A stretch of 64,000 nt of DNA from an uncultured Gammaproteobacteria bacterium (GCA_964604275.1 CAZRYH010000002.1:2413-66412), one strand, 5' to 3'; shown: positions 18,624 through 27,505, counted from the stretch's first letter. Numbers and translations: made by a program. Notes: generated by a model not told the origin, from the letters alone.

Positions 18624-18935
18624 ATGTTATCCATTCGTTTGACCCGTATCGGTAAAAAGAAACAGCCAGAGTATCGTTTCGTCATCATGGAGAAAGCCCG
18701 CGACCCATGGGGTAAGGCTTTGGAAATTTTGGGAAACTACAACCCGCGCACCAATCCCGTGGCCTTCAACGTCAAAAAGGACCGCGTGGAATATTGGATC
18801 AAGAACGGCGCCCAATGCACGGATACGGTCTGGAACCTGTTTTTGGACAATGGTTTGGTCAAAGGCGACAAGCGCAAGAAGATGGGTATCTCCAAGAAGC
18901 GCAAAGAAAAGTTGGCCAAGAAACAAGCCGCGTAA
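18624..18935 (+). CDS. rpsP: 30S ribosomal protein S16 (bS16)
   Basis: MLSIRLTRIGKKKQPEYRFV.. is a typical bS16 N-terminus. Confidence 0.95.
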   Translation: MLSIRLTRIGKKKQPEYRFVIMEKARDPWGKALEILGNYNPRTNPVAFNVKKDRVEYWIKNGAQCTDTVWNLFLDNGLVKGDKRKKMGISKKRKEKLAKKQAA

Positions 18936-18943
18936 AAAATTTA

Positions 18944-18965
18944 AAAGGCCTTCGGGCCTTTTTGG
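18944..18965 (+). terminator. terminator after rpsP
   Basis: AAAGGCC-ttcg-GGCCTTT plus a T-run. Confidence 0.6.
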
Positions 18966-19255
18966 TTTGAGGTGTTGGCATTTGGGCGCTTAACGTCTTG
19001 GAATTTACGTATAATAAATTCTATAATTTCGCTGGGTTAAGATAAAAAAATCAGCATGTTGATTGACTATCGAGGTTCGTGGTGCTATGCTTTATGCGCT
19101 TTGGATTGAAGATGCCGTTCTAAGGCTCATTACCTCAGCATAAATCCAAGCTTGGCTCTGCATCTTGGGGCAAGCTATCAGCAGGTTCCGCACCCACGCA
19201 TCGCCGCTTTGCAAACCCAAAGAGCGAGCGCGGACGGAACGTTCCGAAAGCCGCT

Positions 19256-19609
19256 ATGGCGGAAAAGGACCAACAGTTCATAGAGTTCCTGGTGAAGTCC
19301 ATTGTCAATCACCCGGAAGACGTCCGGACCGAACGGACCGTTGACGAACGCGGCGTGCTCATCACGCTTTATATCAATCAGGACGACATGGGTTACGTGA
19401 TCGGTCGCCAAGGCCAGACTGCACGTGCCCTACGCATCCTATTGAAGACCGTGGGCGCTAAGGATAATGCCCGCGTGAACCTCAAGATTTACGAACCCGA
19501 TGAGGCCCGCAAAGCTCATCAGGATTCCAAAGGCCCGGCCCCCGTGGCCGCCGCCCCAGCCAAGAGCTCGGCTGTGACGGACGACGATTTGGCGGACTTG
19601 GGAATCTAA
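19256..19609 (+). CDS. KH-domain RNA-binding protein (YlqC/KhpA-like)
   Basis: DDMGYVIGRQGQTARALRILLKTV (GxxG loop). In the usual position after rpsP. Confidence 0.85.
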   Translation: MAEKDQQFIEFLVKSIVNHPEDVRTERTVDERGVLITLYINQDDMGYVIGRQGQTARALRILLKTVGAKDNARVNLKIYEPDEARKAHQDSKGPAPVAAAPAKSSAVTDDDLADLGI

Positions 19610-19747
19610 GTCCAAAGACTAAAGATCAAAGACAATGACCGCTCGGAGCAATCCGGGCGGTTTTGAATTTAATTACTACCTTGAATCCTAGCATCGTCTT
19701 CGCCAGGACCCGACTAAAGCATCCGTCAGATTGAAAAAGCCCCGATT

Positions 19748-20482
19748 TTAGGCGGGGCGGGCAAGAGGGGCGCGGCGTAGAACTTTTTCCAGAAAGTTCT
19801 TAACCTTGAGTTGCTCGGAAAGCGGGTTGCTCAGCTCGATGGCAGCGTATTTGCCGTAGAGCGCAGCGGGGTAGTCGCGCAGGTAGTCGAAATCCTCAAG
19901 TGACACATACGTGTGGCGGTCCGGACGGATGGCCGTGCCCACGTAAGCTTTGACGTAAGCGCTGACATGGTTGGCGCGGATGGCATGTCTGCCCAACACC
20001 CGCAACAAGTTCTCGTAATCTTCCGCCTTGTCTTGGCGTACGGCTTCGAGATGCGACAGGTCCAGGCAGATGCCCGAGAAACCTTCCATGTCTTCGTCGT
20101 CCAGGTACCACGCGTTTTCGATGCAGATCCTGCTTTTCAGTTCAGGTGGCAAGCTGTACTGCAAAGGCTTGTCCTTGGTTCGATGCAGGTTGAACAGTTC
20201 GGTGCCGAAATCGTTCATGAGCAGCCGATATTCATCGGGCCGCATGTCGTTGCGCGCGTGTACGAAGGGTATGGTCATGCGCGGCGCGTGTTTATGGAAC
20301 AGGCCGTAACATTCCTGGCGTTCCTCTGGTCCGAGGCCCGTCAGGAACAGTCCTATGCGACGCTGACCCAGCCTTGGGGCCACGCGGATGGCCATGCGCC
20401 AATCCATGGGTCTGTCTCCGTGCGTGGCCGCGGTGGTAACCGAACACAAAACTTCGCAATCCGGCTTTTTCCCAAAGAACAT
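19748..20482 (-). CDS. hypothetical protein
   Basis: Track ORF 19748..20521 (TTG); first ATG at 20482. Has its own terminator hairpin. No motif assigned. Confidence 0.45.
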   Translation of the reverse strand: MFFGKKPDCEVLCSVTTAATHGDRPMDWRMAIRVAPRLGQRRIGLFLTGLGPEERQECYGLFHKHAPRMTIPFVHARNDMRPDEYRLLMNDFGTELFNLHRTKDKPLQYSLPPELKSRICIENAWYLDDEDMEGFSGICLDLSHLEAVRQDKAEDYENLLRVLGRHAIRANHVSAYVKAYVGTAIRPDRHTYVSLEDFDYLRDYPAALYGKYAAIELSNPLSEQLKVKNFLEKVLRRAPLARPA

Positions 20483-20553
20483 GCCGGCGAAAATACCACC
20501 ACTTGAGTTGCAAGTCAACAATTTGCGTAAGAAAAAAACCCGCTATCCGGGTT

Positions 20554-21234
20554 TTAGATGGCCAAGGCCGGAGACGACCCTTCGAGCCAAGGGGTGCAGC
20601 ACTCTTTTTCGACCAGCGTCAGGTGCCGGCGTGGGCTGATGCCATACACGGTAACGGAAGCGTTGTCCGCGATCTTGCCACGATAGCGGTCCACGGCTTC
20701 CTGGATGGAGAAGTGGTGGATCAACCGCTGGAACAGGATGAGCCAGTGGCCATGGACCACGATGAGCACGCTGTCGTTGTCTCCATAATCGCGGGCCAAG
20801 GTGCCCAGGAACGAATGGATGCGCAGCTCCATGTCCGGCCAGTTTTCCCCGCCATACGGCCGGTAATGGTAGAGGCCGTCACGCTCTTTGCGAATGAGCT
20901 CGTTGGGGTAGGTCCGTTCCACTTCTGCGCGGGTCATCATGTGCCAGATGCCACGTTCACCTTCGCGCAAACGCGGGTCCTCGTACACCTTGGCGCCAGG
21001 ATACATGATTCGCATGGTCTCTTTGGCGCGCTCGTAATACGAAGTGTAATAGGTGTCGAAGGGACCGTATTTGTCGCGCAAGTATTGGCCCGTGATTTTG
21101 GCCTGCTCGCGCCCGCGCTCCGTGAGGGCGTAGTCCTTGGTCGATTTTTCAAAGGCCGCACGATCGTCCACGGAAAGAACGTTGCCCTCGGATTCCGCAT
21201 GCCGCACCAGCACCAACAGTCTCGGCCAACTCAT
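20554..21234 (-). CDS. histidine phosphatase family protein (phosphoglycerate mutase-like)
   Basis: LVLVRHAESEGN catalytic RH motif and a later VVHGHW. ATG at 21234. Terminator at about 20535..20552. Confidence 0.7.
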   Translation of the reverse strand: MSWPRLLVLVRHAESEGNVLSVDDRAAFEKSTKDYALTERGREQAKITGQYLRDKYGPFDTYYTSYYERAKETMRIMYPGAKVYEDPRLREGERGIWHMMTRAEVERTYPNELIRKERDGLYHYRPYGGENWPDMELRIHSFLGTLARDYGDNDSVLIVVHGHWLILFQRLIHHFSIQEAVDRYRGKIADNASVTVYGISPRRHLTLVEKECCTPWLEGSSPALAI

Positions 21235-21462
21235 GTCTCGCGTCCTTGGTGCCCGAACCTTAGTCGAATCATCAGGTCTGGTCAAGGATGGACGGAGGCC
21301 ACGAAATGTGTCAGAATCCGATGAGAAAATATGACATTGAAATCGCGGAAATCCTCTAAATCCCCTTTGGCAAGGGGACTTAAGAGTCATAAAAATTCCC
21401 TGAATAACAAGGGTGGCGAAGTTGTCGTCACCTCCCTTGTCAAAGGGAGGAGGGGAGGGATT

Positions 21463-22203
21463 TTGAATATTGATGTTTTGACTCTGTTCCCTGAGATGAT
21501 TGACGCGTATTGCGGGACCGCGATTTTGGGACGTGCCCAAAAATCAGGTTTGCTCAAGGTTAAAGCCCATCAGCTTCGCGAGTGGGCTATCGACAAACAC
21601 GGCCACGTGGACGACCGTCCGTTTGGCGGCGGGGCGGGCATGGTCATGCGGGTCGAACCTTTCTTTAACGCGCTGCGCGCATTGAAGGTACGAAGTACCA
21701 GGTACAAGGTTCTGGCCGCTAAAAACACCAGCACCAAGCACCAAACACCAAGTACTCGGGTGATACTTACCTCGGCCAAAGGCAAAATGTTCACTCAGGC
21801 TGACGCTAAGCGGTTGAGCAAATACGACCGTCTCGTGTTTTTATGCGGTCGGTACGAAGGCGTGGATGAGCGCGTAGCCTCCAAACTTGCGGACGAGGAG
21901 ATGTGCATCGGCCCGTACGTCATGACCGGCGGTGAGATAGCGTCTTTGGCCATGATCGACGCGATTGCGCGCCTGCGTCCCGGAGTGCTCGGCCAAGCCG
22001 CATCACTGGATGAAGAGTCATGGAACGATGGCGTGAAAAAAGAATATCCGCAATACACGCGCCCCGAAGTTTTTTTCCCCAAAGGTGAATCCGCGTCAGG
22101 CGGAAACAAATGGAAAGTGCCGAAAGTCCTATTATCCGGAGATCATGCGGAGATTAAAAAATGGAGGGAAGGGGAGAGGACGGAAGTCGGAGGTAAGGAC
22201 TAA
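21463..22203 (+). CDS. trmD: tRNA (guanine37-N1)-methyltransferase TrmD
   Basis: LTLFPEM, VDDRPFGGGAGMVM, CGRYEGVDERV. Likely TTG start at 21463 behind GGAGGGGAGGGA (track ORF starts at 21331). Confidence 0.85.
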   Translation: MNIDVLTLFPEMIDAYCGTAILGRAQKSGLLKVKAHQLREWAIDKHGHVDDRPFGGGAGMVMRVEPFFNALRALKVRSTRYKVLAAKNTSTKHQTPSTRVILTSAKGKMFTQADAKRLSKYDRLVFLCGRYEGVDERVASKLADEEMCIGPYVMTGGEIASLAMIDAIARLRPGVLGQAASLDEESWNDGVKKEYPQYTRPEVFFPKGESASGGNKWKVPKVLLSGDHAEIKKWREGERTEVGGKD

Positions 22204-22392
22204 GGACTTAAATGAGTCGTCGGTCGACAGTCGTCGGTCGACAGTGGACTGCGGGCACGAGGGAGTGCGTCCGAGGGGGAGTCCGAAGTCCGGAGTTCGA
22301 GTTAAGCATTAGGCAACCATTCGAATTTGAATATTTCTTGATTTTTGGTCATTCGAATTTGGTTATTTCACGAGACGTGTTTTTTCCCATTT

Positions 22393-22424
22393 AAAAAACG
22401 AGTGATTTTCTCACTCGTTTTTTG
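22393..22424. terminator. bidirectional terminator
   Basis: CGAGTGA-ttttc-TCACTCG flanked by A6 and T7. Sits between trmD (+) and the MFS genes (-). Confidence 0.65.
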
Positions 22425-22437
22425 TTGAATTGTGTGT

Positions 22438-23010
22438 TTACTCTTTTACCGCAAAAACCGCGAAAGCACTCACTCCCGTGGCGCTGACTCCGAGCAGGAA
22501 CATCATCCAAAGCAGACGATCAAAGCCGAATTGAGCGGCCACTAAGCCACCCAAAGCCGCGGCTGCGGCCATTATCATGACGTTTGAGAACTGGCGCATT
22601 TTGCGGACCGTGCGGCGATGTTTTTCTTCTGTGATGTGCCGCATGATGTGGCTCCAAGAGGACTTGCCCATGCCTAAACCCACGCCCAGACAAATCTGCG
22701 CCGCATAAATCAAAGTCATGTCTTTGGCGTAGATGTAAAACAGCGGTACGAGCGCGGTGAAAATTGAGCCGGCGACAAGGCCTCCGCGGGCGCGGTCCGT
22801 GGGTTTGCCGTGTTGCAGGTAGGCGGCGAAAATCCAATCGAACATGGCGTATGAAAACAACCATAAAGCCGCGGATGCGGATATGGCTTGGATGCTCGCA
22901 TCTGGCAGGCGCTCGGTAAGGAATAACGCGAAGAGCGGCAACAACAATCCATAGGATCCGACCAGCAACAGATCCGCGGCGAACAGGTTTTTAAGCACGT
23001 TTATTTTCAT
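22438..23010 (-). CDS. 6-TM MFS-like half-transporter (C-terminal-half equivalent)
   Basis: 190 aa, six hydrophobic helices. Paralogous to the adjacent ORF. Confidence 0.55.
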   Translation of the reverse strand: MKINVLKNLFAADLLLVGSYGLLLPLFALFLTERLPDASIQAISASAALWLFSYAMFDWIFAAYLQHGKPTDRARGGLVAGSIFTALVPLFYIYAKDMTLIYAAQICLGVGLGMGKSSWSHIMRHITEEKHRRTVRKMRQFSNVMIMAAAAALGGLVAAQFGFDRLLWMMFLLGVSATGVSAFAVFAVKE

Positions 23011-23017
23011 AAAAATC

Positions 23018-23596
23018 CTAAGCTCGGTTCAGGGCCAAGCGGTTATAGGCCACGACCACCAGAGAAGATGCCAAAAACAAGGTTGTGCCAAAGAAGGCCA
23101 GCAGCGCGGTCATGCCTTGATCTTGGGCTATCATGCCACCCAAAAGGGCCAAACCGGCGCCCAGCAAGGCCCCGAACGCGTCCAATCGGAACCATACCGG
23201 TCCGCTGGCCAAATGGCACGTCTTTTGCTCCATGCGGTCCCAAGCCGGTTCGGAAAAAGCCAATCCCACGCCGTACAGGGCTTGGATGACGTAGATATCG
23301 ATCATGTCACGCGCCATCATGTACAGGAAGGGCGTGGCGATGGCGAACGCGCTGCCGAACCACAGCATTTTTTCCGCGCGATGGCCGCGGAAATCGTTTT
23401 TGCATGACAGTTCGGCAAAGGGACGGATCAGGCCAAGCGACAGCAGGAAAATGGCTTCGGCTAAACCCACGGAAACCAACGTGGATCCGGGTATCTGCTC
23501 CTTAAGGAACAGCGAAAAAATCGGGCCCAACAAACCGAAGGCCATCAGGTAGACCATATTGCCCATGGCGAGCAAACGCATCCATCGGGGAAACAT
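23018..23596 (-). CDS. 6-TM MFS-like half-transporter (N-terminal-half equivalent)
   Basis: 192 aa, six hydrophobic helices. Ends in TAG 7 nt before the next ATG. Confidence 0.55.
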   Translation of the reverse strand: MFPRWMRLLAMGNMVYLMAFGLLGPIFSLFLKEQIPGSTLVSVGLAEAIFLLSLGLIRPFAELSCKNDFRGHRAEKMLWFGSAFAIATPFLYMMARDMIDIYVIQALYGVGLAFSEPAWDRMEQKTCHLASGPVWFRLDAFGALLGAGLALLGGMIAQDQGMTALLAFFGTTLFLASSLVVVAYNRLALNRA

Positions 23597-23705
23597 GCAG
23601 GCATTATATCACAAACGTGTTTGTGGGTGTGGCCACGATTGACAAAACCGAAAATGGATGATAACCAATTACCGCACCGTCACACCAAAAACGAAAGGAT
23701 ATCTG

Positions 23706-24395
23706 ATGAGTTTTTCCATGGAACAAGGCCATGAGGTCAGCCAGACCGTCACGCATAAAAAGACCATGAGTCAGAGGCAGGATGTGGCCATCCAACAGAC
23801 CATGCTGCAACGCCAACGCGAGTTGGTCGAGGCCGTATGCGGCATTCGGTACCAACCGCATGGCGATTGCGGCCAGTGCGGGCATCGTTTGACCGACCTC
23901 GAAATCCTCAAGGGCTTTCGTGACGATCCTAGGGATTACACCACGGAATGCCCCCTGTGCCACTGGCGTTTCGAGCCGCGGCTCCATGCCTCGACCCAGT
24001 TCACGAGTCTGCAAATCATGTACCTCTGTCCGACCCAGACGTTGGACAAGCTTGCATCCCTGCAGAATACGCCTTTGGATGAAATCAAGTCCCTGCACGC
24101 GACCGCATACCACTCGGCGCTCACGCACTTCGGTGGTCTGAAGCAGGCTTTCGCGCAACTGGGCATGGAATACGCCTTTGAGGCCGATCTGGACTGGCGC
24201 AAAAAAGTGGTTCCATTCCTGGGTAAGCTGCCGGACACGGTCATCGCCAAGTTACTTGGGGCTAGCGTGTGGCAGGTGAGGCGTTTGCGCGCCGCCAAGA
24301 GCATCGCGCCGTTCAGGGTTCGCGACTTGCCCGGCCAAGAGCCCGGCATTCTCGAACATCACGTTGACGAAGAGAGGAAGGGCGGCGAAGGCTGA
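23706..24395 (+). CDS. hypothetical Zn-ribbon protein with HTH-like tail, paralog 1
   Basis: ATG at 23706 after AAAGGA. Motifs QRELVEAVCG, CGQCGH..CPLCHW, HFGGLKQAFAQLG, LPDTVIAKLLG..RRLR. Confidence 0.55.
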   Translation: MSFSMEQGHEVSQTVTHKKTMSQRQDVAIQQTMLQRQRELVEAVCGIRYQPHGDCGQCGHRLTDLEILKGFRDDPRDYTTECPLCHWRFEPRLHASTQFTSLQIMYLCPTQTLDKLASLQNTPLDEIKSLHATAYHSALTHFGGLKQAFAQLGMEYAFEADLDWRKKVVPFLGKLPDTVIAKLLGASVWQVRRLRAAKSIAPFRVRDLPGQEPGILEHHVDEERKGGEG

Positions 24396-24423
24396 GCTCG
24401 GCCGACCGGAAAGGTGGTGCTCG

Positions 24424-25071
24424 ATGGTTTATCCGCGCGATCCGTTGAAGGGCGTGGGCATGGGCTGCTGCTCCAAACGAAATCCTGAATTCAAGAAAAT
24501 CGTTTGGCGTAGGCAGCGCGAGTTGGTGGAGGCTATCACTGGCAAGAAGTTCACGATTTCTTGCGTCTGCCGCAACACCACTTGCGCCCATAGTTACACG
24601 GAATGGGAAATCGTGAATTGGTTCGACGTGGACGGCTTCACGGTCGAATGTCCCAAGTGCGGTTGGCATTCCGAGCCGCGGCTGACAGTGGATTTCGGTG
24701 ACGGCGGCAACCGCAAGCGCATCGAGTGCCAGTTATACGGTCCTGGTTTGGTTCTGGAGCGCTTGCCGGTGGTGCTCAAATCGCCGCCTTGGGATTTCGC
24801 TGAATATTCGGCTATCTGCAACTCGGCGGTCGTACACTTCGGTGGCCTGAAGCAGGCCTGCGCGCAGTTGGGCATCGAACGTTCTTTCGGTCCGGGTCCT
24901 GACTGGCGCGATCGGATCGATCCGTTCCTGGGCAGACTGCCAGACACGGTCATGGCCCGGTTGCTCGACACTAGTCCACGGTTCATGAGACGGTGGCGCC
25001 GCAATCAGCGCATCGCGCCTTTCGATCCTGGTCGGGTTCTTTTGTCCGGAAAAGAGGTCCGGACAGTTTGA
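24424..25071 (+). CDS. hypothetical Zn-ribbon protein with HTH-like tail, paralog 2
   Basis: ATG at 24424 after GAAAGGTGG. Motifs QRELVEAITG, CPKCGW, HFGGLKQACAQLG, LPDTVMARLL. Confidence 0.55.
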   Translation: MVYPRDPLKGVGMGCCSKRNPEFKKIVWRRQRELVEAITGKKFTISCVCRNTTCAHSYTEWEIVNWFDVDGFTVECPKCGWHSEPRLTVDFGDGGNRKRIECQLYGPGLVLERLPVVLKSPPWDFAEYSAICNSAVVHFGGLKQACAQLGIERSFGPGPDWRDRIDPFLGRLPDTVMARLLDTSPRFMRRWRRNQRIAPFDPGRVLLSGKEVRTV

Positions 25072-25080
25072 CTCAACTTG

Positions 25081-25101
25081 AACGCCCAAGGGCGTTTTTT
25101 T
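25081..25101 (+). terminator. terminator after paralog 2
   Basis: AACGCCC-aa-GGGCGTT followed by T7. Confidence 0.65.
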
Positions 25102-25104
25102 CAT

Positions 25105-25128
25105 ACAAAAAATCCCTTTGCAGGGATT
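25105..25128 (-). terminator. terminator ending the minus-strand radical-SAM operon
   Basis: AATCCCT-gcaa-AGGGATT followed by T6, read on the minus strand. Confidence 0.6.
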
Positions 25129-25137
25129 GTTTTCGCA

Positions 25138-26115
25138 TCACATCAAATCCTTATAGCACATCGGATCCGCACCGGTCAGTTCTCCGGTCAGCCTGTACGC
25201 TCGGTTGCGGCAACCGCCGCAGTGGGCCAGGCGTTCGCAGTTGCGGCAGGGTTCGTCAAAGTCTTGCCGCTGTCTGATTTTATTGAACAGTTCGCTGTCT
25301 GACCAAATTTTTTCCAAAGGTGTTTCAAAAATATTGCCAGCGCTGACTCGGAAGAACGGACAGGGATAACATTCGCCAGATGGACCTATGACGCACGCGC
25401 CCACGCCAGCCGTGCAACCACCGTGGATGCCATCGAAGTCGCCTTTTTTGGATTCGTCCAACAAAGATACGAGCGGACTGGTGTAGCGGAGTATGTCGCC
25501 TTTCAGGAACAGCTCGTTGAGATGCTTTTCCGTGTCCATGAATTCCTCGCGCGTCATCAGGAAAGAAGGGTCGAGACGTTCGACCGGAATGCAGATGTTG
25601 AATCCGATCGGCACGTTGGCGCTTTTTGCGGCTTCAACCATCTGGTCGATCAAGTGACGGTTTTTGCGGTGGATAGTGGAAAAGACGTAGTTGTTGATGC
25701 CCGCGCGCCGCATGTCCTCCGCCAATTTGAGGTTGGCCGAACCGTGCAAACGCACGTCCTCGACCGGATCGAAACTCAGATGCACCAAATCGAAAATACG
25801 CAGTTTGTCCCACAGCCTCTCTTTGAGAAGCGTGCCGTTGCTCTGCAAAACCAGCCTGAATTTATGCGGCGTGTTGGTTATGAAATCGACCAATTTGTCG
25901 AATTCGCTGTGCAGGATGGCCTCGCCTCCTGAAATGGTGAATGTCCAAACGTCGTTGCGGTCCGCGAATCGATAAAGATCTTTAATTGTTTCGAGCGGCA
26001 AATCCACGGGTTTGAAATTCCGGTTGTAGCAATGTTTGCAGTTGAGATTGCATTTGGTGGTTATCTCAACTTCCAATATATGCATGCCCAAATTGGCATC
26101 TGATGTCTGGTCCAT
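25138..26115 (-). CDS. radical SAM/SPASM-domain protein (maturase 3 of the precursor operon)
   Basis: CNLNCKHC (CxxxCxxC) near the N-terminus. C-terminal Cys clusters GGCTAGVGAC..CYPC..CRNCERLAHCGGC. Confidence 0.8.
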   Translation of the reverse strand: MDQTSDANLGMHILEVEITTKCNLNCKHCYNRNFKPVDLPLETIKDLYRFADRNDVWTFTISGGEAILHSEFDKLVDFITNTPHKFRLVLQSNGTLLKERLWDKLRIFDLVHLSFDPVEDVRLHGSANLKLAEDMRRAGINNYVFSTIHRKNRHLIDQMVEAAKSANVPIGFNICIPVERLDPSFLMTREEFMDTEKHLNELFLKGDILRYTSPLVSLLDESKKGDFDGIHGGCTAGVGACVIGPSGECYPCPFFRVSAGNIFETPLEKIWSDSELFNKIRQRQDFDEPCRNCERLAHCGGCRNRAYRLTGELTGADPMCYKDLM

Positions 26116-27145
26116 AGTTGGTATTTGAATCCGTTAAACGCCACGCTAAGCAACCTCCGCGGCACTTGCCCCACTTCATGCAACCCGAACATGCTCCGGG
26201 CTTGGGCTTTTCCAGAATCTGCTTGCGGAAAAATTCGAAACCTTTGCCGTGGTTCCAAATTTCCGAGGGGTCTTCATCGAAGATATTGCCGCAAAGGTAT
26301 TCCTCGCTCTGGAAATAGCGGCAAGGGAACACGTCGCCTCGATAATCCACCACCAGCTTGTATTTTCCTCCGGCGCAATGGGGTAGGGGGACAGCGCTTT
26401 GGAAAACTTCGGGTTGATCGCAGAATACGTTCTGCATTCCGTGTCGCAATTTTCGTCGATTGTCCGGTATGGTCCGGAGGAATTCCAGATATTTGGGTAC
26501 TGCGGTTTCGTACATTGATTGCCTTTGAGTTAGGGTGCCGCGATCTATCGCCAAGTTGAAGGCGTGGTAGGCTAAATCCAAATTCGCGAACCGGGCATAA
26601 ATTGCTGGCATTTTCTCGATGCGATCCGCATCCACAACCGTGTTGATGGCCACATTCAAGCCGCGGTCCAGGGCCATGGCCAGAGACGCGGTGACGCGCG
26701 CGAACGAGCCTGGGACGCCGGTCAGGGCATCGTGGTCTTGGTCCAGAGCATGGATGGAAAACACTAACTCGTCGATATCTCCAAGTTCAAATTTGGACAA
26801 ATCCATGATGCCGTTGGTGTTGACCGTAATCCGCGTCATGCCGATTTTTTTCGCGAAAGAGAACAGGCGCGGGACGTCGCGATACATGAAGATTTCTCCG
26901 CCGCTGAAATTGAGCTGCCGCACACCGATGGCGTGGAGCTTGGTCAACGCGTTTTCCCAGTCGGCCAAGGGCTTGTCCTCAAAACGACGATCCGGCGCGC
27001 AGGCCCTAAAGCAAAACACGCACCGCTGGTTGCAGTTCCGCGTCACTTCAAGCTGGGCCATGGCCGGCTTTTGGATGGCCAGGCCGAACAGCTCGGGGTA
27101 TGAGAAACCGGCCAAATCAGCCGTTGATGAGGATGCGCCTGTCAT
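26066..27145 (-). CDS. radical SAM/SPASM-domain protein (maturase 2)
   Basis: CNQRCVFC cluster. C-terminal CAGGKYK..FPCRYF..CSGCMKWGKCRGGC. Overlaps the downstream gene by 50 nt. Confidence 0.8.
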   Translation of the reverse strand: MTGASSSTADLAGFSYPELFGLAIQKPAMAQLEVTRNCNQRCVFCFRACAPDRRFEDKPLADWENALTKLHAIGVRQLNFSGGEIFMYRDVPRLFSFAKKIGMTRITVNTNGIMDLSKFELGDIDELVFSIHALDQDHDALTGVPGSFARVTASLAMALDRGLNVAINTVVDADRIEKMPAIYARFANLDLAYHAFNLAIDRGTLTQRQSMYETAVPKYLEFLRTIPDNRRKLRHGMQNVFCDQPEVFQSAVPLPHCAGGKYKLVVDYRGDVFPCRYFQSEEYLCGNIFDEDPSEIWNHGKGFEFFRKQILEKPKPGACSGCMKWGKCRGGCLAWRLTDSNTNYGPDIRCQFGHAYIGS

Positions 27146-27362
27146 GTAGGTGTTCGATAAATGCGGCCGGGATGCGGCCGCATTGGTTGGTTGTACCGTT
27201 CTTCAAAATCACCGAAATCCATTCGGCGGTCTGGTCTTCGAAAAAATAAAAGTCAAAGTCCAGGCACACCGCCACGCGCCCCCCTTTTTCCATCCAAGCG
27301 ACCCGCGGATTGACGCGTTGGCCGTCTTGGATGGAATTCATGTCCGACGGGGGATTAGGCAT
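27117..27362 (-). CDS. PqqD-like peptide-binding (RRE) protein candidate
   Basis: 81 aa from ATG 27362 (track ORF starts at TTG 27386). Size and position between a small ORF and a rSAM gene fit. GGRVAVCLDFDFYFFEDQTAEWISVILKNG loosely resembles PqqD. Confidence 0.45.
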   Translation of the reverse strand: MPNPPSDMNSIQDGQRVNPRVAWMEKGGRVAVCLDFDFYFFEDQTAEWISVILKNGTTNQCGRIPAAFIEHLHDRRILING

Positions 27363-27364
27363 GG

Positions 27365-27505
27365 TTAGTCGCCGTTTATCAGACAACCGTTGTTCTTGAA
27401 ATCTTTGACGCTCATTTTCCAGGTCGTCGAGCTCTTGGGGGCTTGTACGGTCTTGGCCTTGTCAGCTGTTTTCTTAGCTTTCTTGGCTGGCGCGAGGTTC
27501 TTCAT
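27365..27505 (-). CDS. candidate RiPP precursor peptide (46 aa, below the ORF-track cutoff)
   Basis: Hand translation gives MKNLAPAKKAKKTADKAKTVQAPKSSTTWKMSVKDFKNNGCLINGD. The stop codon lies 2 nt before the PqqD-like ATG. Has its own promoter. No clear Shine-Dalgarno sequence. Confidence 0.45.
   Translation of the reverse strand: MKNLAPAKKAKKTADKAKTVQAPKSSTTWKMSVKDFKNNGCLINGD

Noticed and set aside
18966-19255. Several promoter-like hexamer pairs (TTGGAA-18-TATAAT near 19000; TTGACT-17-TATGCT near 19061) in the 290-nt gap before the KH-protein gene, which might suggest an sRNA.
   Set aside because: In AT-rich spacer, multiple overlapping candidates are expected by chance, and I could define no supporting hairpin or terminator for a discrete RNA. 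They are not reported as features.
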